A stretch of 64,000 nt of DNA from Pyrinomonadaceae bacterium (GCA_046313635.1 JBKBYA010000001.1:320001-384000); one strand, 5' to 3'; shown: positions 48,012 to 58,348, numbered from the stretch's first letter. Numbers and translations: made by a program. Notes: a model not told the origin generated them from the letters alone.

Positions 48012-48761
48012 ATGAACTTCAAACTGCTGATCCAATATGACGGCACCAACTACAGCGGCTGGCAGGTGCAGCTCAACGGGCCGACCATCCAGGGCGAACT
48101 CGAGCGTGCGGTCGGCCTGCTGCAGGCGGGAGCTCGCGTGATCGGCTCGGGCCGCACCGATGCCGGTGTCCACGCCGAGGGTCAGGTGGCGAGCGTCCGA
48201 CTCGAGCGCGAGTTCACGCCCGAGGCGCTCCGCAGCGCGATCAACGGCAATCTGCCTCGCGACATCCGCGTGCTCGACGTCGAGATCGTACCGGACGATT
48301 TTCACGCACGCTTCTCCGCAAAGCGAAAAACTTATCTCTACCGCGTCGTCAACGCGCCCGTCTGCTCGCCGTTTTGGCGACCGTACGCCTTTCACGAAAA
48401 TCGCGATCTGAATATCGAGGCGATGCGCGAGGCCGCCCGGCTGTTTCTCGGCGAGCACGACTGGACCGCATTCTCCGCCGCGCGGTCAGACGCCGATTCG
48501 CGCGTGCGGACGATCTACAATTTGAGCGTCGTCGAGCGTCACGACGAGCGTGCCCGGGCGCGGCTGGTTGAGTTTAGTATCACGGCCGACGGCTTCCTGA
48601 GATATATGGTGCGTTCGATCGTCGGCACGCTGCTGTGCGTCGGGCGGGGTGAAATGGATTTTGATACAATTCAGGCGGCGATCACGACCGGTGAACGCGG
48701 GCTTGCAGGACCGACCGCGGTCGCTCGCGGACTGACGCTTTTGAGCGTCGATTACGAATAG
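48012..48761 (+). CDS. truA: tRNA pseudouridine(38-40) synthase
   Basis: YDGTNYSGWQ, GRTDAGVHA, FHARFSA, GFLRYMVR. Confidence 0.97.
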   Translation: MNFKLLIQYDGTNYSGWQVQLNGPTIQGELERAVGLLQAGARVIGSGRTDAGVHAEGQVASVRLEREFTPEALRSAINGNLPRDIRVLDVEIVPDDFHARFSAKRKTYLYRVVNAPVCSPFWRPYAFHENRDLNIEAMREAARLFLGEHDWTAFSAARSDADSRVRTIYNLSVVERHDERARARLVEFSITADGFLRYMVRSIVGTLLCVGRGEMDFDTIQAAITTGERGLAGPTAVARGLTLLSVDYE

Positions 48762-48763
48762 AT

Positions 48764-49072
48764 ATGTACGTCTATCACGTAGTTTTGCCGGAGGTGTGGG
48801 ACGATTTTCGGGGGGCGTGGTACGAGGCCGACAGTCTCGCGACCGAAGGGTTCATTCACTGCAGCTTTGCCGAGCAGCTAGACGGCGTGCTCGCACGGTA
48901 CTACTCCGGAGAGCCGCGGGTAAAAGTGCTCGAGATCGAGCCGTCAAAGCTCATCTCGAAGCTGATCGTCGAGCCGTCGACCGGGGGCGAGAGCTACCCG
49001 CACATCTACGGACCGATCAATCGCGAAGCGATCGTCGCGGTCAAAGACAGGATCTTGCAGAGCGCGAACTAG
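48764..49072 (+). CDS. DUF952 family protein
   Basis: SLATEGFIHCS, YPHIYGPIN. Confidence 0.88.
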   Translation: MYVYHVVLPEVWDDFRGAWYEADSLATEGFIHCSFAEQLDGVLARYYSGEPRVKVLEIEPSKLISKLIVEPSTGGESYPHIYGPINREAIVAVKDRILQSAN

Positions 49073-49087
49073 CACGCCCGTTCATCA

Positions 49088-49906
49088 ATGTCCTCACAAA
49101 CCGTCACCGCGGCATCGCACGGCAGCCAATCGATGCACGATAACTTTAAGGGCCTCGTTAAACCCGCGACGCGCGAAGCTAAGCTGCTCGCCGCGATAGA
49201 CCGCGAAAGGCTCCCGCAGCACATCGCGTTCATCATGGACGGCAATGGCCGCTGGGCCAAGCTTCGCGGCAAGCCGAGGATATTCGGCCATCGCGCCGGG
49301 GCCGAATCGGTCAGGGCGATCATCGATACGTGCGCCCGGCTCGAGATCAAGGCGGTGACGCTCTACGCCTTTTCGACCGAGAATTGGAAGCGGCCGGCCG
49401 ACGAGGTCTCAGGGCTGATGTCGATGCTCAAACGTTACCTTCGCAGCGAGCTGAAAGAAGTTCATAAGAACAACATCCGCTTTCAGGCGATCGGCAACAT
49501 CGCCGGACTTGCCGAGGACATTCAGCACGAGATCGCCAACGCCGCCGCTAAGACCGCCGGCAACACCGGAATGGTGATGAGCGTCGCTCTCAATTACGGC
49601 GGCCGCGCCGAGATCGTCGAGGCCTGCCGCCGCGCGGCGCAGGACGTGATCGAGCGCGGAGACCCGCTCGAGCGGCTCGACGCGAGCGACATCGAACGCC
49701 ATCTCTACACGCACGGCCTGCCCGAGGTTGACCTGCTCGTGCGGACGAGCGGCGAATTTCGGATCTCGAACTTCCTGCTATGGCAGCTCGCCTACAGTGA
49801 GATCTGGGTGACGCCGACGCTGTTTCCCGACTTTCGGCGGCCTGAGATCTTTGAGGCCATCATCGACTATCAGAAGCGCGAGAGGCGCTTTGGCGACGTC
49901 AAATGA
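49088..49906 (+). CDS. uppS: Undecaprenyl diphosphate synthase
   Basis: HIAFIMDGNGRWA, AFSTENWKRP, RTSGEFRISNFLLWQ; alternative start 49133. Confidence 0.97.
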   Translation: MSSQTVTAASHGSQSMHDNFKGLVKPATREAKLLAAIDRERLPQHIAFIMDGNGRWAKLRGKPRIFGHRAGAESVRAIIDTCARLEIKAVTLYAFSTENWKRPADEVSGLMSMLKRYLRSELKEVHKNNIRFQAIGNIAGLAEDIQHEIANAAAKTAGNTGMVMSVALNYGGRAEIVEACRRAAQDVIERGDPLERLDASDIERHLYTHGLPEVDLLVRTSGEFRISNFLLWQLAYSEIWVTPTLFPDFRRPEIFEAIIDYQKRERRFGDVK

Positions 49907-51027
49907 ATCAAGAGATACGCTCGCAATTCAAGGCCGCCAACGATCACGTCTATCTCAACAGCGCCGCCGTTTCGCCGCTGCCGCGGGTCGCGATCGAGGC
50001 CGTGAACCGTCAACTCAACGACGTCGCCGCGCACGGCTCGTCGCATTACACCGAATGGATCGCGACCAAGAACCGCGCCCGTGCGCTGCTTGCCGGGATG
50101 ATGAACGTGCACGCCGAGCAGGTAGCGTTTACGCGAAACACTTCGGACGGTTTTGCGACGGTCGCGGCCGGCCTGCGCTGGCAGAAAGGCGACAACGTCG
50201 TCTCGTTCGCCAAGGAGTTTCCCGCAAACTGGTATCCCTGGCGGCGAATCCGCGACGCATTCGGTGTTGAGCTGCGGCTTTGCCCAGAGCGCGACGGTCG
50301 GATCGATCTGGACGAGTTTGTTTCTCTCATCGATCGAAATACAAAGGTCGTCGCGATCAGCTCGGTGCAGTTCGCCTCGGGCTTCAAGGCCGATCTCGAG
50401 AGGATCGGACGCGCCGCGCGTCAGGTCGATGCGCTCTTTTGCGTGGACATCATCCAGGGCCTCGGCGCGACCCGCTACGATCTGCCGGCGCAGTATGTCG
50501 ACGCCGCCTCGGGCGCGAGCCACAAATGGCTGTGCGCACCGGAGGGCTGCGGTTACCTTTATCTCTCTGACCGCGCTCGCGAGAGAATCGAGCCGACGCT
50601 CGTCGGCTGGATCAGCGTCGATACGCCGTGGGATTTCGACGATCGCGAGCAGCCTTTCAAGCCGAATGCTCTCGCGTGGGAAAGCGGTACCGGAACGGCA
50701 TCGCTCTTTTACGGGTTGGAGCAAAGTCTGCTGCTTTTGAATTCGGCCGGACTGGACAGGATCGAGAAGCATCTCGCCGGCCTGACCGACACTATCTGCG
50801 ATGGACTGGCCGGCCGCGATTACCATTTGATCAGCTCGCGACGCCCCGGCGAGAGCTCCGCCATCGTCTGCATCAAGAGCTCGAAAGGCATCTCGTCAAA
50901 CGACCTCGCCGAGACGCTCGCGGCCCGAGGCATTATCGTCTCGCCTCGCGGCGACCGCCTACGGATCGCCCCGCACTTCTACAACGATCGTAAAGACATC
51001 GAAAGGCTGCTCGACGCTCTGCCGTGA
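49903..51027 (+). CDS. Class V PLP-dependent aminotransferase (cysteine desulfurase-like)
   Basis: YLNSAAVSP, DIIQGLG, SHKWLCAPEG, RIAPHFYN. Confidence 0.9.
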   Translation: MNQEIRSQFKAANDHVYLNSAAVSPLPRVAIEAVNRQLNDVAAHGSSHYTEWIATKNRARALLAGMMNVHAEQVAFTRNTSDGFATVAAGLRWQKGDNVVSFAKEFPANWYPWRRIRDAFGVELRLCPERDGRIDLDEFVSLIDRNTKVVAISSVQFASGFKADLERIGRAARQVDALFCVDIIQGLGATRYDLPAQYVDAASGASHKWLCAPEGCGYLYLSDRARERIEPTLVGWISVDTPWDFDDREQPFKPNALAWESGTGTASLFYGLEQSLLLLNSAGLDRIEKHLAGLTDTICDGLAGRDYHLISSRRPGESSAIVCIKSSKGISSNDLAETLAARGIIVSPRGDRLRIAPHFYNDRKDIERLLDALP

Positions 51028-51029
51028 GG

Positions 51030-51779
51030 CTACTCGTTCAGCAGGCGGTCGGCGGCAAGCTCCGGCGTGAGACCGTCGAGATTGAGCCGGACCATTCCGC
51101 CGGCGTCCGAGAATTCTCTGATCTGCCTGCGCTGTTTTTCCCTGATCTGGAAAAAGAGAAATCCGATCAGCAATCCCGCGAGGACGGCTGTTCCCATTCC
51201 GATCGCGATGGCCTTGAGCGTCGACAAAAAGATGTCGGCCGTCGTGATCGCAAAGCTCCGTTCGAGCTTTTCGTAGAAGAAAGGATCTTCGCCGAGCCAC
51301 TGGACGGTCTTTTCGTATTTGACCTGCTCGAGCAGCACTTTTGCGTCCGACAGGTCGGGAGCGTCAAAGACAAAGGCGTTGTAGTTGCCGATGCGGCGAT
51401 ACTCGATCCGGCTGTCGGGATTTGCGGCGAGCCACTCGCCGGCCTTGGCGTCGGCGTCGGCCGAGGCCTGGGGGGTCATGAACTCGATCACCAAAAGCCG
51501 GCCTTCCGGATATTCTGCCGTGACCGCCTCTGTTCCCTTCGGGAACTCGATGCCGTCGAGTATCGGCCGCTTTCCGACGATCCCCGGCAGCCCGGACATA
51601 TCGTTCAGAAACGTCGCTCGCTGGCTGACCTCGGTCCAATTCGGCAAATGTTTGACCAGCACGGGCAGGCCGTCTGACTCCGAAACCTCCTGCGACCGTC
51701 CCTGACCGTATAACGACGAAACCGCACCGGCAAGCCACGCCGCAATAAACAAAACTAGCGTAAAAGCAGCTCTTTTCAT
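51030..51779 (-). CDS. Exported/membrane hypothetical protein
   Basis: Signal peptide, late TM, FSDAGGMVRLNLD tail. Confidence 0.65.
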   Translation of the reverse strand: MKRAAFTLVLFIAAWLAGAVSSLYGQGRSQEVSESDGLPVLVKHLPNWTEVSQRATFLNDMSGLPGIVGKRPILDGIEFPKGTEAVTAEYPEGRLLVIEFMTPQASADADAKAGEWLAANPDSRIEYRRIGNYNAFVFDAPDLSDAKVLLEQVKYEKTVQWLGEDPFFYEKLERSFAITTADIFLSTLKAIAIGMGTAVLAGLLIGFLFFQIREKQRRQIREFSDAGGMVRLNLDGLTPELAADRLLNE

Positions 51780-52078
51780 GGTGATAATGCCGGTGCCAAA
51801 CGGAGATGATCGCCAGATCAAGGGAATCTTGATACTAGCACCTTCCGCCGGTCTGGCGAAGCTTGTAGCGAAACTGTACATAGCGCAAATGGTGTAAAAC
51901 GATCACTTGAGCCCATACCGTTTCGTACGAATCCAAGCTTGGATGAGTGCCGAAATCTATAGTATGTCTGCCAAAGTGCAACAAATCTCGGGTTTACGCG
52001 TTTGAATATAACTACTCGTTTTGCAGAATACTTCTGGCACGATGATTGAAGAATCAGCCGAACGAGGGGGAATCAGAA

Positions 52079-52744
52079 ATGACCACAGAAACTTTAAATT
52101 TCCCGGTATTTCAAAACGCGGACGTCGTGGACGAGGTCGAGAACAAGGCCGGCGAGCAGGGCGAGAAAGTGAACGTCGCGGACGCGACCGATTTTCAGCT
52201 CGCGCAGCGTGCGGCCGGCGGCGACATGGCGGCATTCGAGGAGATCTACCAGCGGCATCATCGCCGCGTTTACTCGATCTGCTTGAGGATGCTGCAGAAC
52301 GCGCACGAGGCCGAAGACCTGACGCAGGACGTCTTTATCCAGCTGTACCGCAAGATAGGCAGCTTTCGCGGCGATTCGGCCTTCACGACATGGCTGCACC
52401 GGATGACGGTCAACCAGGTCCTGATGCACTTCCGCAAGCGGACGGTCAAATTCGAGAAGACGACCGAGGAAGGCGAGACGCCCGACCAGGTTGTCGCCGG
52501 CACCGCGAATCCAAACAAGATGCCGATTGTCGACAAGATCGCTCTCGAGAACGCGATCGATCAGCTGCCGACCGGTTACAAGAACGTATTTGTGCTGCAC
52601 GACGTCGAAGGCTTTGAGCACGAAGAAGTTGCCCGTATCCTCGGCTGCTCGGTCGGCACATCGAAATCACAGCTTCACAAGGCACGGCTGAAACTGCAGA
52701 AGCTGCTCAAGAAGAAAGCCAATCCGAGGCTGATCGGAGCCTAA
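52079..52744 (+). CDS. ECF RNA polymerase sigma factor
   Basis: [48 protein letters not shown]. Confidence 0.93.
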   Translation: MTTETLNFPVFQNADVVDEVENKAGEQGEKVNVADATDFQLAQRAAGGDMAAFEEIYQRHHRRVYSICLRMLQNAHEAEDLTQDVFIQLYRKIGSFRGDSAFTTWLHRMTVNQVLMHFRKRTVKFEKTTEEGETPDQVVAGTANPNKMPIVDKIALENAIDQLPTGYKNVFVLHDVEGFEHEEVARILGCSVGTSKSQLHKARLKLQKLLKKKANPRLIGA

Positions 52745-52768
52745 GGCATTATTCGGAATCATAATTGG

Positions 52769-52807
52769 AAAAGGCTTCCCGTTTGAGGAAGCCTTTCGGT
52801 TTTTTTT
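52769..52807 (+). terminator. Rho-independent terminator (possibly bidirectional)
   Basis: AAAGGCTTCC / GGAAGCCTTT stem and a downstream T-run. Confidence 0.8.
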
Positions 52808-52825
52808 CGCCGTATTGCCGTGAGC

Positions 52826-53971
52826 CTAAAGCAACGTCTCTTTGATCTCGATCTCTCGCTTTGCCAACTCAGCCACGAACTTCTCCGGATCGATCGCCCT
52901 TTCCTGCGGCGTCGCCCCGCGAACCAAAACTTCGCCCTTCGCCATCATCTGGGCGATGATCGACGCGGGGAACGCGGTCGTTCGCATCATTGACGAGAGG
53001 CCGGTTTGCTCGTCAAATTTGTCCACGATGTCGTAACGGAGCGTTTTGCTCTCGCCGTCCTTGCGGCCGACAAATTCCAAACGCACCAGAACATGATCCG
53101 GCCCGTCCGCCGGCAGATGCCTCTGCAGCAGCTCGCCGAAGACCTTCCGCGGTACGACCTTTTGAAAGTCGGCGACGATCTCCTCGCTCGAGCACAGCCC
53201 GAGGTCGATCATCGTCTTGAACTTCTCGCAGTGCCCCGCATAACGGATGGTCTTGTAATCGAGCTCGCGGACCTTGCCCAAAAAAGTGTCCGGCAGCGTT
53301 GACGTCCCGCCCGACGTTTGAAAGGCCTCGAGCGGAGGGAAGCCTTCGAATTCCAAACTCTCGATCTCGGTCATCGACTCGATCTCCGCGATCTTTCCGT
53401 CGCGGATCACGCGGGCGACCTCGACGTACTCGTTGATCAGTCCTTCGACCGAAAAGACGAGCTGGTAATTCAGCGGCGGCTGCGGCCGCTGAGGCAGACC
53501 GCCGACGCGGATGTGGATCTCATCTACTTCGTCGAATCTCGCCGCGCCGTGCATCGCGAGGATCGAGACCATCCCCGGCGCGAGACCGCAGTCGGGAATA
53601 ATGTTTATCCCGGCAGCCTTTGCTGCGTCGTCGAGCGCGAGCTGCTCGTCGACGACGTAGTTATTGCCGCCGAGATCGCAAAAGTTGGCGCCCGCGTCGA
53701 TCGCCGAGCGCGAGAGCTCGACGTTGTACCAGTAATTGACGCACGAGATCACCGAGTCGTGCCCGCGCATCAGGCGGGCGACATCCGGCTGATCGCCGGC
53801 GTTTACCTGCCGCGCGACGATGCGGTCGGTGCCGACCTGTCGGGCGACAAGTTCCGCCTTTTTCAGATCGAGATCTGCGACAGTCACCTGCGAGACACCA
53901 GGCGAATTATGGACGAGATCATAAGCGGCGCCGTGGCCCATGCGGCCGGCGCCCAGGACGAGGATCTTCAT
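52826..53971 (-). CDS. Saccharopine dehydrogenase / lysine 6-dehydrogenase family
   Basis: ILVLGAGRMG, DLGGN, DCGLAPG, VGGLPQ, YKTIRYAGH. Confidence 0.88.
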   Translation of the reverse strand: MKILVLGAGRMGHGAAYDLVHNSPGVSQVTVADLDLKKAELVARQVGTDRIVARQVNAGDQPDVARLMRGHDSVISCVNYWYNVELSRSAIDAGANFCDLGGNNYVVDEQLALDDAAKAAGINIIPDCGLAPGMVSILAMHGAARFDEVDEIHIRVGGLPQRPQPPLNYQLVFSVEGLINEYVEVARVIRDGKIAEIESMTEIESLEFEGFPPLEAFQTSGGTSTLPDTFLGKVRELDYKTIRYAGHCEKFKTMIDLGLCSSEEIVADFQKVVPRKVFGELLQRHLPADGPDHVLVRLEFVGRKDGESKTLRYDIVDKFDEQTGLSSMMRTTAFPASIIAQMMAKGEVLVRGATPQERAIDPEKFVAELAKREIEIKETLL

Positions 53972-54030
53972 AACCGAGAAGTTAGTAAAAATGAAGCAGA
54001 GCAGGCAATATCGCTGCGCCCGCCGACGAA

Positions 54031-54396
54031 TTACCAATCGTTGTCGTCCTCGGGCTTTTCATTGGCGATCGTTTCAGCCGCGAGACTGAGTACTTTTTTC
54101 TTCCAAGCGCGGATCTGATCGGTCAGCATCAGGGCGGCCTGCGGATGAGCGGCGTTGCGTTCGAGACGGATGACCTCGGCCTTGACGGTCACCTCATCCT
54201 TTGGATTCTCGGTAACGGTCAACTCGACCTTGCTGCCGACGGTCGGCAACAGTCTCGGCAGGTAGATCAACGTGCCTTGGGGACCGATATTCTCGGTCAG
54301 GCCCTCTTCGACGACGACCTTTCCGTTCTCATCTTTCCACTTCACGCGGATCGGGAATGCGACCACGAACCGGCCAGCGCTGCGGCGTTCTTCCAT
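54031..54396 (-). CDS. PilZ domain protein
   Basis: ERRSAGR (RxxxR) and NIGPQG. Confidence 0.8.
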   Translation of the reverse strand: MEERRSAGRFVVAFPIRVKWKDENGKVVVEEGLTENIGPQGTLIYLPRLLPTVGSKVELTVTENPKDEVTVKAEVIRLERNAAHPQAALMLTDQIRAWKKKVLSLAAETIANEKPEDDNDW

Positions 54397-54547
54397 AAAA
54401 TTCTCGCGGTAATTGACGCGGGGACGCGTCGCCGAACGACCTACCGAATATAAGCGATATGCTCTTTGCAAGTCCACCTTGCTTGCATAAGCAAAACTTT
54501 GAAAACCGAAACCCCAAATAACATAAGGGGTTCCGGACTTTTAGCTA

Positions 54548-54577
54548 TGGACAGACCCGCGGGCCATTTGTTAGAAT
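54548..54577 (+). promoter_or_regulatory. Sigma70 promoter with extended -10
   Basis: TGGACA-18-TAGAAT with TGn; about 160-nt leader to ATG 54744. Confidence 0.55.
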
Positions 54578-54743
54578 CTTCGCATGTCTTAATTGCGATC
54601 GATTAAGAACAGGTGGAATGGGCCACCGGTTTTGTCCTTCATTCTACGCACACAAAAACCGCAGTTTGGTTTTACGAGAAAGGGGTACTGACTTTTGTGC
54701 CTATTTCTGCGCGAGTGAAGAGAAGAACTTAGGAGATTGATAA

Positions 54744-55235
54744 ATGAATAGACTCGTGAGAGGAGCGGCGGTCCTGTCGCTTATCGGGGTTTTTGTCGCG
54801 TATATGTACGCGCAAGCCTCCGCCAACACAGGAAACGTACTTACTACTACGAGGGTGTCGCAACCGCATCACGACGGCAGCTCAGAGGTTGAGAGCACGG
54901 CCGTCCAAACTCAACAAGCAGGGAAGGATCAAAAGCTGGTTAAAAAAACAGGTTTAGTTAGCGCGAGCAAGGGGGCATTTACAGCGACAGCCTATTGTTT
55001 GAAAGGAAGAACCGCAATGGGGCACGGCGTACGCCGGGGCATCATTGCAGCGGACCCGAGAGTTCTCAAACTCGGGAAAACCGTTTTACTCAACGCCGGA
55101 GCTTACAGCGGCCAGTACCTGGTCAGCGATACCGGCGGTGCGGTACGAGGGCGAAAGATCGATATCTGGGTCCCGAGCTGCGCTGAGGCCCGACGATTTG
55201 GTCGCAGGACGATCTCGGTAAGCCTTGTCGAATAA
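54744..55235 (+). CDS. 3D (Asp-Asp-Asp) domain protein, putative cell wall hydrolase
   Basis: FTATAY, IAADPRV, DTGGAVRGRKIDIW. Confidence 0.9.
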   Translation: MNRLVRGAAVLSLIGVFVAYMYAQASANTGNVLTTTRVSQPHHDGSSEVESTAVQTQQAGKDQKLVKKTGLVSASKGAFTATAYCLKGRTAMGHGVRRGIIAADPRVLKLGKTVLLNAGAYSGQYLVSDTGGAVRGRKIDIWVPSCAEARRFGRRTISVSLVE

Positions 55236-55266
55236 AACATAGATCTTAAAGAAGCTACGATACAAG

Positions 55267-55299
55267 AAGCCGTCACATCGAGTGACGGTTTTCTTTTTA
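55267..55299 (+). terminator. Rho-independent terminator
   Basis: CCGTCAC / GTGACGG stem plus T-run. Confidence 0.8.
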
Positions 55300-55460
55300 T
55301 TTCAGGATCGGTTGGCGCGAATATACGCACCCACACAGCGAGTGTCGACACTTATAAGCCGCGTCTTCCCCGACAAGATGGTTCGCCCACGGAAGAGTTT
55401 TCTTTAAGGCAGAGATTTTTTCACTACTGATCTCACTCCCGGACTCGACTCGCCAGCCTC

Positions 55461-55901
55461 TCAAGGTTCCCTCACCGCCTCAAGCGCGCTCTTGCGCGGG
55501 AAGTGAAACAGCACCGAGAGTGCGCCCAGCAAGATCCAGATAAAAAAGTACTGGTACTCCCAGACGAGAGCGAGGATGAGCCCAAGCACCGAGGGCACCT
55601 CGCCGAGCGCACAGCCGAGGACGAGGCCGGTCTGCACGCAGCCTGCGTCGCGATCGCGCACTGCGCGGCGCATGTGCTGGGCCGAGAGCACGAAGGAGAG
55701 AACAAAAAAGACGATCGCCGACGCGATGAACGCAAGCGTGATCAGCGGCTGATCGCCCAGCGGCGGCCGCGAAAGATCGACCGATAGCAGCTCAGGCCTT
55801 ATCGCGTAGATCACGATCGCAAAGACCACCTGCGACGCGAGCAGCGATGCCCATATGACGACGAGCGACTCGTACTTTACGGTGATCGGTTTGTCGGACA
55901 T
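55461..55901 (-). CDS. Hypothetical membrane protein (about 4 TM)
   Basis: Hydrophobic ORF, TAATG-coupled to the ABC gene. Confidence 0.7.
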   Translation of the reverse strand: MSDKPITVKYESLVVIWASLLASQVVFAIVIYAIRPELLSVDLSRPPLGDQPLITLAFIASAIVFFVLSFVLSAQHMRRAVRDRDAGCVQTGLVLGCALGEVPSVLGLILALVWEYQYFFIWILLGALSVLFHFPRKSALEAVREP

Positions 55902-57712
55902 TATTCGGTCGCCTCCAATTCTTCCTCGAGCAGTTGCCGCTGGTACAGTTCGGCGTATTCGCCTTCGAGAGCGAGCAATTCGTCGTGCGTTCCGCGTTCG
56001 ATTATACGGCCTTCGTCGAGCACGCAGATGAGATCTGCGTCTCTGATGGTCGAGACGCGGTGCGAAACGATGATCGTCGTCCGCTCGCTGCGCACGCCGC
56101 GCAGGTTGCGAAGTATCTTCTCTTCGGTATAAGTGTCGACCGCCGAGAGCGCGTCGTCGAGGATGAGAATGCGGGGCCAGCGCATCACGGCACGAGCGAT
56201 CGCGGTCCGCTGCTTTTGCCCGCCCGAAAGCGTGATGCCGCGTTCGCCGACGAGCTGCTCGTACTTGCCCGGAAAGCTGCGTATGTCCTCCGCGAGCCCG
56301 GCGATCTCGGCGGCCTTTTCGACGGTCATAGCTGATGAGCTGAGGAGCGGAGTAGTTGGGGAGGCGAGGAGATTCTCCTTTGCTCCTCTACTCCTCCGCT
56401 CCTCCGCTCCGTCGTCGATCCCGAACGCAATATTCGCCGCCAACGTGTCGCTGAAGAGAAACGTCTCCTGCGGCACAAAGCCGATCGCCCGCCGCAGCTG
56501 GGCGAGCGGGTATTGGCGAATGGGCCGGCCGTCGATGAATACCGTGCCTTCGGGAGCGTCGAGCAGGCGCGGGATGAGCGAGACGAGCGTCGATTTGCCG
56601 CTGCCGGTTCGCCCGACGAGCGCGACCGTCTTGCCCTGTTCGATCTTGAGGTCGATGTGGTGCAGCACCGGCTTGCCGTTATACGCAAAAGTGAGATCGC
56701 GAAATTCGATCGTGCCCCTGATCGGCGGCTGCTCGTGCACGTCGTCGGCGTCTTTGATCGTCGGTTCGGTCTCGAGTACCGAGTTAAAGCGTTTGAGCGA
56801 CGCCGTGCCTCGCTGATAGAGATTGACGACGTAGCCGAGCGCGATGAGATACCAGATCATCCGCTGCAGATAGAGAATGAAAGCCGTAAAGTCGCCCGCC
56901 GTGATCTCGCCGTTGACCGCCATCGGCACGCCGACCGCGACGATGATGACAAAGCCGAGCCCGATGAAAAAGAACAAAAGCGGCCGCATCGCCGCGGCGT
57001 ATTTCACGAGCTTCAGATTCTGCGCCGCGTATTCGCGGTTGAGCACTTGGAATTGCTCGATCTCCGCCTCCTCCTGCGCGTAAGCGCGGACGACGCGGAC
57101 GCCTGTGAGATTCTCCTGAGCTCTCGCCGTGATGTCGGAGAAGAACTCCTGGATCTTTTCAAAGCGTTGATGAATGCGCGCACCCAAAAACTTTACCGTC
57201 AGCGAGACGAGCGGCATCGGGATCAGCAGCAGCAGCGTCAGCTTGACAGAAATGTTGAGCATGATCGGCAGCGAGATCGCGAGCGCGAATATGGCCTGAA
57301 AGCTGTACAGGATCATCGGGCCGACGATCTGCCTTATCGCGGCGAGGTCGTTGGTCGCGCGGGCCATCAGGTCGCCGACGCGATTCTTCTGAAAGTACTC
57401 GAGCGGCTGGTCGACAAGCGCGGCGTAAAAATCCTGCCGCATATCAAACTCGATGTGCCGCGAGGTGTTGATCAGCAGACGCCGCTGCCAAAACAGAAAG
57501 ACACCGCTCGCGAGATTGATGCCGAGGATGACGAGCGGATAATAGACGATCTTGTCCCACGTGATGCCGGCCCTGAGGTCGTCGATCGCCCGCCCGACCA
57601 TAAAAGGCACCAGCAGCCCGAACGCCATCGAGCACAGGATAAAAAATATCCCGAGCAGGATCGACCACTTGTAAGGCCGGAAGTATCTGGCGAATTTTCG
57701 AAGCTGCTCCAT
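55901..57712 (-). CDS. ABC exporter, fused permease/ATPase (multidrug/MsbA-like)
   Basis: 6 [31 protein letters not shown]; carries an in-frame repeat insertion. Confidence 0.95.
   Translation of the reverse strand: MEQLRKFARYFRPYKWSILLGIFFILCSMAFGLLVPFMVGRAIDDLRAGITWDKIVYYPLVILGINLASGVFLFWQRRLLINTSRHIEFDMRQDFYAALVDQPLEYFQKNRVGDLMARATNDLAAIRQIVGPMILYSFQAIFALAISLPIMLNISVKLTLLLLIPMPLVSLTVKFLGARIHQRFEKIQEFFSDITARAQENLTGVRVVRAYAQEEAEIEQFQVLNREYAAQNLKLVKYAAAMRPLLFFFIGLGFVIIVAVGVPMAVNGEITAGDFTAFILYLQRMIWYLIALGYVVNLYQRGTASLKRFNSVLETEPTIKDADDVHEQPPIRGTIEFRDLTFAYNGKPVLHHIDLKIEQGKTVALVGRTGSGKSTLVSLIPRLLDAPEGTVFIDGRPIRQYPLAQLRRAIGFVPQETFLFSDTLAANIAFGIDDGAEERRSRGAKENLLASPTTPLLSSSAMTVEKAAEIAGLAEDIRSFPGKYEQLVGERGITLSGGQKQRTAIARAVMRWPRILILDDALSAVDTYTEEKILRNLRGVRSERTTIIVSHRVSTIRDADLICVLDEGRIIERGTHDELLALEGEYAELYQRQLLEEELEATE
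56331..56410. repeat. Octamer-periodic palindromic element inside the ABC ATPase coding sequence
   Basis: (GCNGAGGA)-like units followed by complementary (CCTCCGCT)-like units. Confidence 0.75.
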
Positions 57713-57720
57713 GGTCGTTA

Positions 57721-57919
57721 AGTACCAGAGTTACGGAGTTACGGAGTACCGGAGTACCAGAGTTGCGAAGTACCTAAGTTGCGGAAAGTTGCAGGCAGTT
57801 GCGGAAAGTTGCAGGAACAACAAGGTACTCGGGTACTCCGCAACTCTGGTACTCCGGTACTCCGTAACTCTGGTACTCCGGTACTCCGCAACTTCGGAAC
57901 TTCGTAACTTCGCAACTCC
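57721..57919. repeat. Octamer tandem repeats arranged as a long imperfect inverted repeat
   Basis: 8 AGTACCGG/AGTTGCGG-type units (57721-57784), a short 10-bp-period core, then 12 complementary GGTACTCC/GCAACTCC-type units (57824-57919). Confidence 0.9.
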
Positions 57920-58348
57920 CTAGACCCTCGTATACGTCGACACCGCGGTCGCGATGAGTTTGCCTTTTTCGTTCTCGACGTCGGCGGTGACGGTGAAGAT
58001 CCGTTTGCCGGCTCGCACGACTCGGGCGATGCAGCGGCATTTGCCGGCGGCGTGCGGGCGAATGTAATGGATCGTCAGATCGATCGTCGCGGTCGGCTCG
58101 GTCGGACCGACGCGCGTGCGGACGGCGTAGGCCATCGCCGTGTCGATGAGCGTCGCGGTCACGCCGCCGTGCATGATGCCGAAGGGCTGCTCGAGGTCGG
58201 GCCGCATCTCGAGCTCGATGACCGCCTCGCCCGGCGCGAGGTCGACGAGGTGCATCCCAAAATGGCGCGCGAGCGGCATCTCCTGCAGACGGGCGGCGGC
58301 GTATCGCTTTTGTTCGTCGGTGATCTCTTGGGTCGCTGCGTCTTTCAT
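57920..58348 (-). CDS. PaaI family thioesterase
   Basis: GIMHGGVTATLIDTA, TIDLTIHYIRP. Confidence 0.92.
   Translation of the reverse strand: MKDAATQEITDEQKRYAAARLQEMPLARHFGMHLVDLAPGEAVIELEMRPDLEQPFGIMHGGVTATLIDTAMAYAVRTRVGPTEPTATIDLTIHYIRPHAAGKCRCIARVVRAGKRIFTVTADVENEKGKLIATAVSTYTRV

Noticed and set aside
54584..54743. c-di-AMP (ydaO) or c-di-GMP riboswitch
   Set aside because: Conserved consensus segments were not found by eye.
57721..57919. CRISPR array or protein-coding ORF (57711-57923)
   Set aside because: Units are 8 bp with no unique spacers; the ORF is a by-product of the periodic repeat.
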